Source: a virus
Taxonomy: Duplodnaviria; Heunggongvirae; Uroviricota; Caudoviricetes
IMG/VR virus record: IMGVR_UViG_3300017565_000017
Location: 779 to 64,778 of that record
Strand: one strand, 5' to 3'
DNA length: 64,000 nt
In this document: piece by piece, positions 15,307 to 24,909 of the stretch
How the letters are laid out: each line of letters starts with the position of its first letter
Numbering within the stretch: the first letter of the stretch is position 1
The notes under the pieces: generated by a model
What the model was told of the DNA's origin: nothing
What the model saw: only the letters and a program-made list of their open reading frames with translations
Databases searched by the model: none
Position numbers and translations under genes: made by a program

Positions 15307-15918
15307 TTACACCCCGATGTAGACGCCCGTACCTAGAACCGGATCGTTAACGAATTGACCGATCTTAGGATCGACCGCCGTTAGAACCATCGTATTGTCC
15401 AGAACTTCCCCCGTCTGCTTGTTAACCGCCCTGAAGCCCAGCTTGAAAATGCCTGACAGCAGTGGAACATTCGGGTAGACGATTTCTTGGACCACGTTTA
15501 CTTTGCCTGTGTTGGGTTCGTTATCTTCGCGGGGTAGAGGATACAGGATGTATTGTTCATCCAGATACTGTAGATTAACCGAAGGTACGGAGAACGTTTC
15601 CCCCACGATAGTCGTAGCCAGAAGCGTGACATCGTAGAGATCCGTAATGGGGCGTTCGATATCCTTCATGTATGCCGTAATAACGAATACCCAGTCACGA
15701 CCTTGATCGTCAGTTTCATTGGTAGTCAGTTCCCAGCCTGTTTCCGGAATATCGTCGTTGTTAAAACGATACCGAATTGCAATACCCAGCGACAGAGTGC
15801 CATCTTCAACAAGGTAGAAGCCGCCGTTAGGAAGCCCCGTACCTGCGATGAGTGTAGTACCGTCGTCTTTGAGAGCGATTTCGTCCAGATCAGCATTAAC
15901 TTGACGCGTAATAGCCAT
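15307..15918 (-). CDS. Hypothetical beta-rich structural protein (203 aa)
   Basis: AAAGGAG SD; between sheath and tube. Confidence 0.7.
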   Translation of the reverse strand: MAITRQVNADLDEIALKDDGTTLIAGTGLPNGGFYLVEDGTLSLGIAIRYRFNNDDIPETGWELTTNETDDQGRDWVFVITAYMKDIERPITDLYDVTLLATTIVGETFSVPSVNLQYLDEQYILYPLPREDNEPNTGKVNVVQEIVYPNVPLLSGIFKLGFRAVNKQTGEVLDNTMVLTAVDPKIGQFVNDPVLGTGVYIGV

Positions 15919-15964
15919 TTCTTAACTCCTTTGCATGTGAGGGGGCCGGAGCCCCCTCCAGATA

Positions 15965-17902
15965 TTAACCGATGCCCAGAGCAGCCAGCGTTTCGGTGAA
16001 CGACACACCCTGCTTGCTAATCACCAGATCGATGATCAGTTGGTGCACAGGAATGATCGGCACGATAATAACGGTAGCGCGCAGAACACCAGAGTTAACG
16101 TCAGCAGCAGAGTTGTTGCTGTTATCGCTGATAACCGAATAGCTGAATAGTGCGCGAGCATTCTTCAGGGTTTCCAGATAGTCAGAGAACGAGCCCACTA
16201 GCTGACGGCGCGTGAAGTCATCGTTAGGCTCTTGGAGCACATACAGGCCGAATTGGTACAGCGAGACCTTGATAACGTTCACGATACGACGCACGGACAA
16301 CCACGATAGAGCGCTTGCCTTGGCCTGTAGAGTTTGTTGCTCCCACAGGGCAATACCCTGACCCACGAAGTTGCGGGTATAGTTAACTTGTGCGTTGAAT
16401 AGCTCGTCCGACTGACCTGGGTCGTAGTTGTAGCGTAGACGCAATACGTTAACCAGACCACGATTCAGACCAGCAATCGAGTACGACGGGTTAGCGACAC
16501 GGTCTGTACGGGCACACAAGGCAGCCGCCCATCCAGAGAACGGAACATACTGCTGTTTGCCGTTGATCGTATCGTTTTCCAGCACATCCGGGCAGAACAG
16601 AGCAGCGTAGGAGCTGTTCAGGTTCAGGCTCAGATTGCGGTAGTTGATTGCCGCCTGGAATGTTTGTTGGTTGGAAGGTACATCGAGCAACGCCACCGAG
16701 TCGCCTCGGGTACGGGCCAATGACTCCATAGCCATTTGAACACCAGGATCCGCGTGACCGCCGTTGATCAGCAGGTTGACAGCATACAATTCACGGTTTT
16801 GGAACCGAGCCCATGCCCCTGCTACATCGAAGGACGTCGGGGCCGCACCGGAATCGCCGCCACCCATGTTCACGTAAGCTGCGTTCGTGACCCGTGGCAG
16901 TGTACCGACAATATTCGGAACGTTAGATGTGACATACACATACTGCGAGAACGGGTTGATTCGTTCCATCAATTCGGTTGCAACGCCATCACCGTCGACC
17001 CCGGGCTCTAGAGTGCAGGTGAACGATTCGACCGGCTGTGACGTAGAAACGTCAGTGTCGAATACTTGCACAACAAAGTCAATATTAGTGGGTTCGGTAG
17101 TGACCGGCTGAAGCGTAGTGTTCGGCGCAATCGCCCCTGTATCTACGAATTGGTACGTGCCTTGACCAATGTCTGCGATTCCGCCGTAAGTAGCACCCGT
17201 CACACGACCATAAACTCGATATCCGATGGCATTAGGAACGGGATCCCAGCTAATCGTAATCGAGTTGGTGACACCGCCGCCTGCAATGATAGAGACCACC
17301 TGAGCGCTGGCCAGAGTAGGGCCTTCTGGAGTAAGCGCAGCCACCTGATAGGTGTATGTGCCTGCTGGAATAGATCCACCAGTAGTCGCAGAAGCAACCG
17401 CTACGTTAGTCGGGGGCAGGATGTTGTTGCTGCTGATACCGACTGCGATGTTGGAAGCATACGAACCTGGGCCACGACGCGGATAGAACAGTGCAATGGG
17501 CGTGTCTGTCGGATTCGGCTTGATTACGTTCCAGTCGGGGAATGTCGGATCTGTGACATCACCTGCGGCTACCGCCGCCATTTCTGTCAGATCTCCAGTC
17601 GCATTCTGATACATTAGCGTACCCGCATACGAGTAGCCAGAACCCAGGACACGCAGAGCCCACAGACGATTACCTTCCGAGAAGTAATCTAGGCCGCAGT
17701 ACACGTCAAACGAGATTTGGGCGTTAGGGTTGCCGTACTCAGCCAGATAATCTTGACCATTGGTCCAAAGTTTAGGCTCCGGAGAACCTTGATTGCTAAC
17801 AATCACTTGGGCACCAACGGAAGCTGAAGCACCAGTCACGATCTGCGAGAGGTCAATCTCGTTAATAATGACCTTACTTGCCCCTGGTGTATAGATCGCC
17901 AT
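15965..17902 (-). CDS. Tail sheath protein with an inserted fibronectin-III-like domain
   Basis: N-terminal PGASKVIINEIDLS; C-terminal VPFSGWAA..SIAGLNRG..VRRIVNVIK..EPNDDFTR..NSAADVNSGVLRATVIIVP. Confidence 0.92.
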   Translation of the reverse strand: MAIYTPGASKVIINEIDLSQIVTGASASVGAQVIVSNQGSPEPKLWTNGQDYLAEYGNPNAQISFDVYCGLDYFSEGNRLWALRVLGSGYSYAGTLMYQNATGDLTEMAAVAAGDVTDPTFPDWNVIKPNPTDTPIALFYPRRGPGSYASNIAVGISSNNILPPTNVAVASATTGGSIPAGTYTYQVAALTPEGPTLASAQVVSIIAGGGVTNSITISWDPVPNAIGYRVYGRVTGATYGGIADIGQGTYQFVDTGAIAPNTTLQPVTTEPTNIDFVVQVFDTDVSTSQPVESFTCTLEPGVDGDGVATELMERINPFSQYVYVTSNVPNIVGTLPRVTNAAYVNMGGGDSGAAPTSFDVAGAWARFQNRELYAVNLLINGGHADPGVQMAMESLARTRGDSVALLDVPSNQQTFQAAINYRNLSLNLNSSYAALFCPDVLENDTINGKQQYVPFSGWAAALCARTDRVANPSYSIAGLNRGLVNVLRLRYNYDPGQSDELFNAQVNYTRNFVGQGIALWEQQTLQAKASALSWLSVRRIVNVIKVSLYQFGLYVLQEPNDDFTRRQLVGSFSDYLETLKNARALFSYSVISDNSNNSAADVNSGVLRATVIIVPIIPVHQLIIDLVISKQGVSFTETLAALGIG

Positions 17903-17905
17903 TGC

Positions 17906-18190
17906 TTACTCCTTGTTGATCTTTTGTACCGGAGCCGCAGGAAGCGAGGCTGCCTCATTCTTGGCCGGCTCAACGTTGTTGTAGACAGGCTTCGCCAGTT
18001 GAACATCCCCATCTTCGGGAATTTTGACGATGATGCCCGGGTTTACTGCCTCCCAGCGCGGATCTACAACAGACCCATTGGGTAGGCTTACCATGCGGAC
18101 CCGCGCCATTACACGCACAGTTCCCACACGGCCATCCGCTAGAACGATACCGACCTGTTGCGGAATAGAACTTACGTTTGAGATTTTCAT
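17906..18190 (-). CDS. Hypothetical protein (94 aa)
   Basis: GGAG SD; tight packing. Confidence 0.7.
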   Translation of the reverse strand: MKISNVSSIPQQVGIVLADGRVGTVRVMARVRMVSLPNGSVVDPRWEAVNPGIIVKIPEDGDVQLAKPVYNNVEPAKNEAASLPAAPVQKINKE

Positions 18191-18191
18191 G

Positions 18192-18887
18192 TTAACTCCC
18201 TGATCCCGGAACAGTCCACGTAGTGGTTTCCGGAGTTCCTATGATTCGAAGTCCTTGACTGGCTACCGCAGGTCCGATAGTTTGCTCTAACTCTACCTCT
18301 TGCACAATCCCGACAGTTCCAAGTTCTGCTTGGCTTGTGTAGCCATGAACAGTCATCGATCCTTTCACAATGTACACGGATTCACCCTCTGCCTGGTTTT
18401 CCATGGTTGGGATTTGTACATTGGGAGCAAGCTCAACTTGCGTTTGCAGCACCAGCCGACCATATTCAGTCTCGAATTTCAGGGAGCCTGTGCGCCGCGC
18501 GAATAGCCACTGCTTCGCATACGACAGAACTGAGGATTCCAGACCGAGATTGAATTGATTTGTGTAGAATTCGACGTCTATATCGAAACTTGTGGGCATA
18601 AGCCTCACTGTATACGCTGCGTTGTTTGAGTCATGGACAACCGCCTGCATACCCCGGCGAGCCATGTAGTTAGTGTTCCAGCTATCCGTATTCTGGTACA
18701 TTGCCTTCGTCATGAAGATGGCATACGGATACTTGACGGGACGCCCATCAAACATCTGCTGAACCACGCGCATCTTTTCATATGTATTCGTGAAGACGTT
18801 AATGCACCCGAACACTTGCTGAAACCGGTCAGATAGACCTTTAAGGATTAATTCCTCTACAGGCCGTAGACGTACGATTTCTGCCAT
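18192..18887 (-). CDS. Putative tail completion/neck protein (231 aa)
   Basis: Between capsid and sheath genes; beta-rich PTSFDIDVEFYT; function inferred from synteny. Confidence 0.5.
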   Translation of the reverse strand: MAEIVRLRPVEELILKGLSDRFQQVFGCINVFTNTYEKMRVVQQMFDGRPVKYPYAIFMTKAMYQNTDSWNTNYMARRGMQAVVHDSNNAAYTVRLMPTSFDIDVEFYTNQFNLGLESSVLSYAKQWLFARRTGSLKFETEYGRLVLQTQVELAPNVQIPTMENQAEGESVYIVKGSMTVHGYTSQAELGTVGIVQEVELEQTIGPAVASQGLRIIGTPETTTWTVPGSGS

Positions 18888-18901
18888 AATCCTGTCCTAA
18901 A

Positions 18902-18947
18902 CGAAAAAGGCCCGAGCGCTATTCCACATAGGGTTTGCGCTCGGGCC
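18902..18947 (-). terminator. Intrinsic terminator after the capsid-block genes
   Basis: AGGCCCGAGCGC...GCGCTCGGGCCT then TTTTCGT on the minus strand. Confidence 0.7.
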
Positions 18948-18975
18948 TCGGTTAGTACCGCACAGGTGCCGGGAC

Positions 18976-19386
18976 TTACTTGGTTTCGGCCAGAGCCTTA
19001 GCCAGAGCCTTGGCGAGCTTCAGAGTGTTTGCATCCACTTCCTCAGAAGCCTGAACCTTGGCAGGCTCTTGAGGAGCCAGCTTGGCGGCGAGTTTGTGCA
19101 GAACAGCGGTGACTTTCTCGTCGGTCTTTTCAAAAGAAACGCCTGCAACAACCGGAGCAGCTTTCACTTCTCCAGATTTTGCAGCAGCTTCGACTTGAGC
19201 TCCATGCGCGGCGCTTGCCTCTGCGACAGCCTTAGCATTCGTAGCTTCGATCATGCGTAGAGCATGTTCAGCACTAGGTTCTTGCGCGGCAGCCATCAGA
19301 ATGAACGCAGCATTTACGGAGTTGCCTTTGAGTTGCTCAGTTACAGCCAGACCCAGAAGGTCCAGGGTGTAGTTGTATTTAGCCAT
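18976..19386 (-). CDS. Ala-rich head-associated protein (136 aa)
   Basis: GGAG SD; directly downstream of the capsid gene. Confidence 0.7.
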   Translation of the reverse strand: MAKYNYTLDLLGLAVTEQLKGNSVNAAFILMAAAQEPSAEHALRMIEATNAKAVAEASAAHGAQVEAAAKSGEVKAAPVVAGVSFEKTDEKVTAVLHKLAAKLAPQEPAKVQASEEVDANTLKLAKALAKALAETK

Positions 19387-19434
19387 TATCAGCTCCTTTC
19401 AGCTAGATGGAGGGGCGAAAGCCCCTCCAACTGA

Positions 19435-20523
19435 TTACGAGCGGATGCCCTTAGCCACAGCGCGGCTGTTCGCCAGAGCGATGGCCAGGGTTTCGGTCAG
19501 CACCCAGCCACGGCCCGGGATTTGTTCCGTGGTGATGTTGATGGGCATCGAATCGATACCATCGCGATCAGAGTAAGCACCGAAGTTGATGTCGTCGGCA
19601 AACACGAAGAACTCACCACGATTCAGAACTTTGTGTTCCGGGTGACGGGTAGCATCCGAGACCAGCGACATACCGTACAGCGTACCGAGTTCACCAGTCA
19701 GCAGCAGTTCGTGACGGGCAACGGGGTCGATGGCCGTGTAGAACTCAGCGTTACCGATGATGTCTTGCATCAGGTCAGTAGCCATCAGCATGTACGGGGT
19801 CTTCAGGCCCCAGGCGATGACCTGTTGCATCACTTGAGCCAGCGTGAACGGGGTCAGCTGACCAGCGATGATCGACAGGGGGTTGTCGATACCAACCATC
19901 TGGTTGCACAGATTGTACATCAGGCGGTCTTCCGTAACCATCACGGCTTCGGTTGCTTCCACGTACTTTTCTTCCAGCACGTCGCCAGACGATTGCTGAA
20001 TTTCGTTCAGCGGCACGAACGGACGCGTAACGATTTGAATTTCCGGAGGAGTGAGCCAGCGGTCACGCGTGATTTCGGTGTCGATCTTGGTAGCCGACGT
20101 CGACATCACAGCCGTAACGTTCTTGGTACGAATCGGGAAGCGAGGAATCGAGCCTTGCTTCACTTCGTTCTTAGCCAGGAACTTGCGCATGAAGCCTTGG
20201 CGGTTGGCCGTAACGTACAGCGACTCAGCCATCTTCTGACCCAGAACGCGGTGGGCGTCCATGTCTTGGAAAGCAGCAGTCATCAGTTCTTTGTTACGAC
20301 GGGTGAACTGAACGCGCTCAGCCAGAACTGCATCCGCGACCACCTCGTTACGGGCAGCGGCTTGCATCAGCTGGAAGCCACGGCTCAGCAGGTCTTTACG
20401 CGAGCTGGCGTTGACTTCGCCGTTATATGCAACGGCGCGCTCTTGCGAGTCACCGATACGATATTCGGACGCTGCGGTCACGACCGGCTTCTTCGCAGTG
20501 CGAAGTTGAATTTTGTTAACCAT
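19435..20523 (-). CDS. Major capsid protein (HK97 fold)
   Basis: 362 aa; strong codon bias; head-cluster position; followed by a GC hairpin; recognised capsid-like pattern. Confidence 0.85.
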   Translation of the reverse strand: MVNKIQLRTAKKPVVTAASEYRIGDSQERAVAYNGEVNASSRKDLLSRGFQLMQAAARNEVVADAVLAERVQFTRRNKELMTAAFQDMDAHRVLGQKMAESLYVTANRQGFMRKFLAKNEVKQGSIPRFPIRTKNVTAVMSTSATKIDTEITRDRWLTPPEIQIVTRPFVPLNEIQQSSGDVLEEKYVEATEAVMVTEDRLMYNLCNQMVGIDNPLSIIAGQLTPFTLAQVMQQVIAWGLKTPYMLMATDLMQDIIGNAEFYTAIDPVARHELLLTGELGTLYGMSLVSDATRHPEHKVLNRGEFFVFADDINFGAYSDRDGIDSMPINITTEQIPGRGWVLTETLAIALANSRAVAKGIRS

Positions 20524-20569
20524 TTAGGTGCTCCTGAATTTTGTCTATGAGTTGGTCGCGCGGCTCGTA

Positions 20570-21250
20570 TTAGGGAGCGCTGAATTCGAGACCGAGGAAC
20601 GGAATTTCCACGCCCGGGACCGCGATGATCTGCGCGTCGAGTTCGATGCCCGTACCGGATTGGTCGGTAACTTGACCATTCGCAGCCGCCTTAACAGCAG
20701 TAGCCGCAGCCCAGTTCTTAGAGGCGTCGAATTCCGACGTGTAGATGAAACCACGCTTCACCAGACCGATCTGGCCGATGTAAGCACCCGAGTAGCCACC
20801 GGGCTGTACGTTACCGAACAGAGCCACTTGCTGGATCATGGTCAGAGCATACTTGTAGGTCACAATAACGTTGTCACCGGCGTTCATGCCCGTGCCGGAC
20901 ACAGTATTACCAGTCACGGTGGGAGTAGCGATCTGAGCACTGGTCGTCACGTTATACACGCTAACTTGACCGGCAACCGGGGTCATCGTCAGGACGACGT
21001 TACCGGTAGAGGAAACCACACGAGCTTCCACTTTGTTGGTGTACATTTCGGGGAACGGGGCAGCAGACGTACCAGCGATGGAGAAGCCAGCGAACTTCTC
21101 GTCGGTACCACCGGTCGAAGGCAGAACGCCCTGAGCTTGAGCACTGGTCTTGCGAACCATAGCCATGCCCTCGGCCTGAATTACAGCGCCAGGAGCAGTG
21201 ACTGCTTCTGAGCTGTCGCGGAATTTAGAAAGCGGCAGATAGATAGCCAT
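20570..21250 (-). CDS. Capsid decoration/minor head protein (226 aa)
   Basis: GGAG SD; immediately upstream of the capsid gene; FAGFS..GQIG pattern of capsid cement-type proteins. Confidence 0.55.
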   Translation of the reverse strand: MAIYLPLSKFRDSSEAVTAPGAVIQAEGMAMVRKTSAQAQGVLPSTGGTDEKFAGFSIAGTSAAPFPEMYTNKVEARVVSSTGNVVLTMTPVAGQVSVYNVTTSAQIATPTVTGNTVSGTGMNAGDNVIVTYKYALTMIQQVALFGNVQPGGYSGAYIGQIGLVKRGFIYTSEFDASKNWAAATAVKAAANGQVTDQSGTGIELDAQIIAVPGVEIPFLGLEFSAP

Positions 21251-21331
21251 GAGAAAATCTCCTATGGAGTAGGGGAAGGTAGGATTGGAACTCCTCCCCT
21301 ACCATTATGTTACGCGATAAAAATGGAGGTT

Positions 21332-23086
21332 TTAGCGGTTGAACAGAAGCTCATCGCTATTTAGAACCGCAGCCGCAGTAACCGAATACCCGGTTTGCTT
21401 CGGGGTCAGCAGAACACCGCGTTCCCGAGCAGGACGACCAGCAAACGATAGAGCAGCCATCACAGATGTAGGAGTATCGTACTCATCTTCATCCGATTGC
21501 ACCGACGCATGAACCTCTGACGAGCTGTCGTCCATGACGTCTTCGAACTTACCGCTCGCATTCACCATGTCCAGAGCCGCAGCCAATTCGTTGCGGGTTT
21601 GTTCGCTCATTTGCGACAGCTTGTTAGCCATAGCCACGATAGCCTTAGCGTAAGAAGTGCCGTACTGAGCAAATACTTCACGAACAACCTTACCTGCATT
21701 TCGCAGACCTGCCGCAGTCAGTTGGTTTTCCAGAGCAGCACGCAGTTCGTTGGGGACGTCTTGCCAGAAGTTGCGGTTGATACCAACCGAAGCAATCGCA
21801 AGGCAGTGACCAAACGAAGTGTCCTTATCTGCAAACTGAGCACGAACTTCTTCGGTACGTTTTTCAACGTGAGCGTGTACGCGAGCTTCGATGATATCGT
21901 TGCGACCGATATTCACTTCGGACAGAACGTATCCCATCGATTCTAGACCAGCACGCAGTCCATAGCGTTGGCACTCAGCCGTAGCCACTTCGAAGAATTG
22001 ATCCGACATATAGTGTTCGCCTGCGCCTGCTTTAACTGCTTGCTCAGCGCTCATGGAAGCGATAATGCGCAGATCCTTGAGAACCGCAATAGTTCCAGCT
22101 TGCACTTCAGCGAATGCCATACCACCGCAGTCACCGTCGTCGATACCGTCAGCGTCCAGGATCGACATAACGTCTTCACCTTCAAACGCATCGCCCTCAC
22201 CCACACCCAGATTCATGGGCAGCGGAGCATCTGCAGGACCGGGGACCGGAGCAGGGGCAACGATAGGTGCAACAGGGGGCGTCGGCAGAGGAGCAACAGC
22301 CGGGGCCACAGCCGGAGCAGGGGCAGCCACAGGAGGCACAGCGGCCGGAGCTGGAACAGCAGGGGCCGCCGGAGCCAGACCCGGTTCACCCTCAGGGCCA
22401 GCCGGAGGCGTTTCCATAGGATTAGTGGTTTCTTCCCACTCTTCCTCTTCTCCGGCTTCATCGTCAGCAATCAGCGGGGCCATGTTTTGCGGGGTGCCTG
22501 CGCCTTGATTGGTCGTAGCACCGGGTCCACCCTGGTTTGCAACCGTCAGAGCGTTAGCTTCTACATCTAGCTTCTGCTCACCTTGTTGGTTGTTTTCCAG
22601 ATCGGTTTCGCCTTCCACTTTGGCACCGGGTTCTGCTAAGACGCCGGGAGCGCAGTTGTCTTTCAGCGGATATCCATCAAGCGGATTAACGTCGTTGGGG
22701 ATCGTGCTGATGTTGATAGTATCATCCGGAACCATTTTCTGGGCCGGGGATTCGCCACCACCGTCGGTCGTAGCGCCAGGACCAGGGCCGTCATCAGCAT
22801 TAGCCTTGACTTTACCCGGATTCTTGTCGTTGCGAGCTGCACTAGAACCCTTTTCGGCTTTAACGTCTTTGTCGTTATTGTCGTGGGTGTAGATGCACTC
22901 GTTATCGTTCGTGCCCGGAGTGTGATCCGGATCAACCATCAAGTCTTGCGTATCTTGTTGATTGTTTTTCAGATCCAGGTCACCGGTCATCGGCTTCGGA
23001 TCCTGCACGTTGTTGGTGTGCGTATAGATTGATTTGTCCGCAGCGGTAACTTTGCTACCTGCGAGGACCTGGGGACGGATTGCCAT
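21332..23086 (-). CDS. Scaffolding-like prohead core protein (584 aa)
   Basis: Acidic, disordered N-half with Pro/Ala-rich linker; helical C-half; between protease and capsid. Confidence 0.6.
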   Translation of the reverse strand: MAIRPQVLAGSKVTAADKSIYTHTNNVQDPKPMTGDLDLKNNQQDTQDLMVDPDHTPGTNDNECIYTHDNNDKDVKAEKGSSAARNDKNPGKVKANADDGPGPGATTDGGGESPAQKMVPDDTINISTIPNDVNPLDGYPLKDNCAPGVLAEPGAKVEGETDLENNQQGEQKLDVEANALTVANQGGPGATTNQGAGTPQNMAPLIADDEAGEEEEWEETTNPMETPPAGPEGEPGLAPAAPAVPAPAAVPPVAAPAPAVAPAVAPLPTPPVAPIVAPAPVPGPADAPLPMNLGVGEGDAFEGEDVMSILDADGIDDGDCGGMAFAEVQAGTIAVLKDLRIIASMSAEQAVKAGAGEHYMSDQFFEVATAECQRYGLRAGLESMGYVLSEVNIGRNDIIEARVHAHVEKRTEEVRAQFADKDTSFGHCLAIASVGINRNFWQDVPNELRAALENQLTAAGLRNAGKVVREVFAQYGTSYAKAIVAMANKLSQMSEQTRNELAAALDMVNASGKFEDVMDDSSSEVHASVQSDEDEYDTPTSVMAALSFAGRPARERGVLLTPKQTGYSVTAAAVLNSDELLFNR

Positions 23087-23140
23087 TGTGTATCTCCGAA
23101 AATGTGTTGGGGCGATCCGCGCCCTAACTTGATACAGGAA

Positions 23141-23149
23141 TTAAATTGT
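23141..23149 (-). promoter_or_regulatory. Candidate late promoter ACAATTTAA
   Basis: Same 9-mer in gene orientation upstream of three late genes. Confidence 0.35.
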
Positions 23150-23164
23150 GGATCGCCGGATGCT

Positions 23165-23977
23165 TTAGTACCATGAACGGTCAGTGAATTGCCGTACTCG
23201 AGTGGGTGGAGCTCTCTCTGCGAACTGTCCAGATGGTTCCTGAATTGATTCAAGAACGTACCCAGATTGCGCAGTGGTCCATGCCGGATCTCGCACAATA
23301 CTAAGTTCAAAAGGAGTTAGGTCATACGCATTGCGAAACGCTAGATGCTTCTGTCCATTCCAGTCCATTACGGGGGTGAAGTCGACACCAGATCTTGGGT
23401 CAATGTGGTGACAGTGGCTGAATTGAGTGATTGCCGTGTCACAATAACTGCACCGGAAGGAATCCGCCATTGCACCCATGGAATAGGTGTCAATTTTTCC
23501 GCTGATGACTTCTTGTGCAATATCCGGGTACTTTAGCTTTTCAATAGCGTAGAGTCCCATAACCTTAAAGATCTTTCCATCGCCATACCTAGACACCGGG
23601 CTGAGGCTAGAGTCTAAAACTACCCCATGCGCCTTCGTGTAATCTTCGTTATCGTGTTCAAGATGGATCGGACACCCGGCCCACGCCTTGTACACGATAC
23701 GGTTCATTGGAGCCGGGCGGAACTTGGTTAGTTCTGCCAATGGGAACCCGATGCCATTGCGGTTAGGTAAGTCTGCTGGACAAATAGGAGCACACACGAT
23801 AGCATAGTCTTCGATACGAGGACTTAGTATGTAAGTCTCCGCCATCTTGGGTAGCCACGTTGTGTAATCCAAGGCGTATGCACCTGATGCTTCCCGGATA
23901 CCTTCGCGCCCTTCTGGAGAATCCATATCCACCGAGAAGAGCGGCTTTTCAGTCGCTGCTCTGATCTTAATGGACAT
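23165..23977 (-). CDS. Prohead (capsid maturation) protease
   Basis: PIHLEHD, YSMGA, ELSIVRDPAW (HK97-type H/S and EVS.V..PA motifs) plus CSYC..CHH zinc site. Confidence 0.75.
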   Translation of the reverse strand: MSIKIRAATEKPLFSVDMDSPEGREGIREASGAYALDYTTWLPKMAETYILSPRIEDYAIVCAPICPADLPNRNGIGFPLAELTKFRPAPMNRIVYKAWAGCPIHLEHDNEDYTKAHGVVLDSSLSPVSRYGDGKIFKVMGLYAIEKLKYPDIAQEVISGKIDTYSMGAMADSFRCSYCDTAITQFSHCHHIDPRSGVDFTPVMDWNGQKHLAFRNAYDLTPFELSIVRDPAWTTAQSGYVLESIQEPSGQFAERAPPTRVRQFTDRSWY

Positions 23978-23979
23978 GG

Positions 23980-24372
23980 TTATCTCGCGTAGAAGGTTAC
24001 GATGGCGTCAGCACCGAAGGTGATTTCCGCTACGGTAAAGATAATCGGATCGACCTGAACAATATCGCCCGCAGTCAATGACTGATTAGCTGTCCACTGA
24101 GCATTATCTCGAACATCCGGATCATTGGAACCTGCAAGTGCGATATTGTCAAGAGAATACCGAATAGTGACAGCCGCTGAAGCTTGTACAAAAATTCCAA
24201 TGCGAACTTGGTCGTAGATTACTTGATCTACGGTAACGGGAACGATCTCGCCTGACTTGCCAGCAACTTGTCCCCATGAGCCGATAATCGGACCAATGTT
24301 AGCAACCCCCACGCCTGCCGGAGTTTGCCCCCGACGGTAATATGGGCCGTGGTTCCCTATGAATTTAGCCAT
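23980..24372 (-). CDS. Hypothetical beta-rich virion protein (130 aa)
   Basis: GGAG SD; tight packing. Confidence 0.65.
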   Translation of the reverse strand: MAKFIGNHGPYYRRGQTPAGVGVANIGPIIGSWGQVAGKSGEIVPVTVDQVIYDQVRIGIFVQASAAVTIRYSLDNIALAGSNDPDVRDNAQWTANQSLTAGDIVQVDPIIFTVAEITFGADAIVTFYAR

Positions 24373-24382
24373 CTAGTTCTCC

Positions 24383-24901
24383 TTAGCATAGGGAATCCCC
24401 GAATAACTTAGGCTGGAAGTTAATTCGTATAGGATATCTGTACAGAATGTCATTGAGTCGTTGTACGAAGATCCGGAACTCAAACAGACTGACGGGTTCC
24501 ACAAACTTCCCTAGGGTAATATGAGGAACATATTCTGGGAATGAATGTACGAAACCTTGAGCACGAAATTCATTATGAATACGTACTAGGTCTGGTGAGT
24601 AGAGCTGTGCGACAACGATTTGCTTGCCTTTGTGATCGTTCCATCCTAGAACGTTCTGCACGACCCCGACCATGTTTTGATCTGGCGGGATCGCTGGATG
24701 AGCTGGAAGTTCTCCTGGATGATATACGATAGTTGCATGTAGCTCAGTGGAATATTCCCACTCGAATAGTTCGGGCTTAACCACCGAGCATTTCAACTTA
24801 CTGATTTCCAGAATTGATTCTTCAACCAGGGACGCCCATACGTACAGACCGCTGTTAAGAGAACGTATCACCGGATAGATGACTCTTGCCTCTACCTTCA
24901 T
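24383..24901 (-). CDS. acb1: 2H phosphodiesterase, Acb1/T4 gp57B-like anti-CBASS nuclease
   Basis: GLYVWA start; two HxT motifs (LHATIVY, YVPHITLG) spaced as in T4 gp57B. Confidence 0.8.
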   Translation of the reverse strand: MKVEARVIYPVIRSLNSGLYVWASLVEESILEISKLKCSVVKPELFEWEYSTELHATIVYHPGELPAHPAIPPDQNMVGVVQNVLGWNDHKGKQIVVAQLYSPDLVRIHNEFRAQGFVHSFPEYVPHITLGKFVEPVSLFEFRIFVQRLNDILYRYPIRINFQPKLFGDSLC

Positions 24902-24909
24902 GGGCTCTC

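Noticed and set aside
19522-21211. Long + strand ORFs (342 aa and 227 aa)
   Set aside because: They are antisense shadows of the codon-biased capsid and decoration genes, with no SD and no protein-like features. The same applies to most other overlapping antisense ORFs in the track.
22230-22400. GCCGGAGC-type short repeats
   Set aside because: They simply encode the Pro/Ala-rich linker of the scaffold-like protein.
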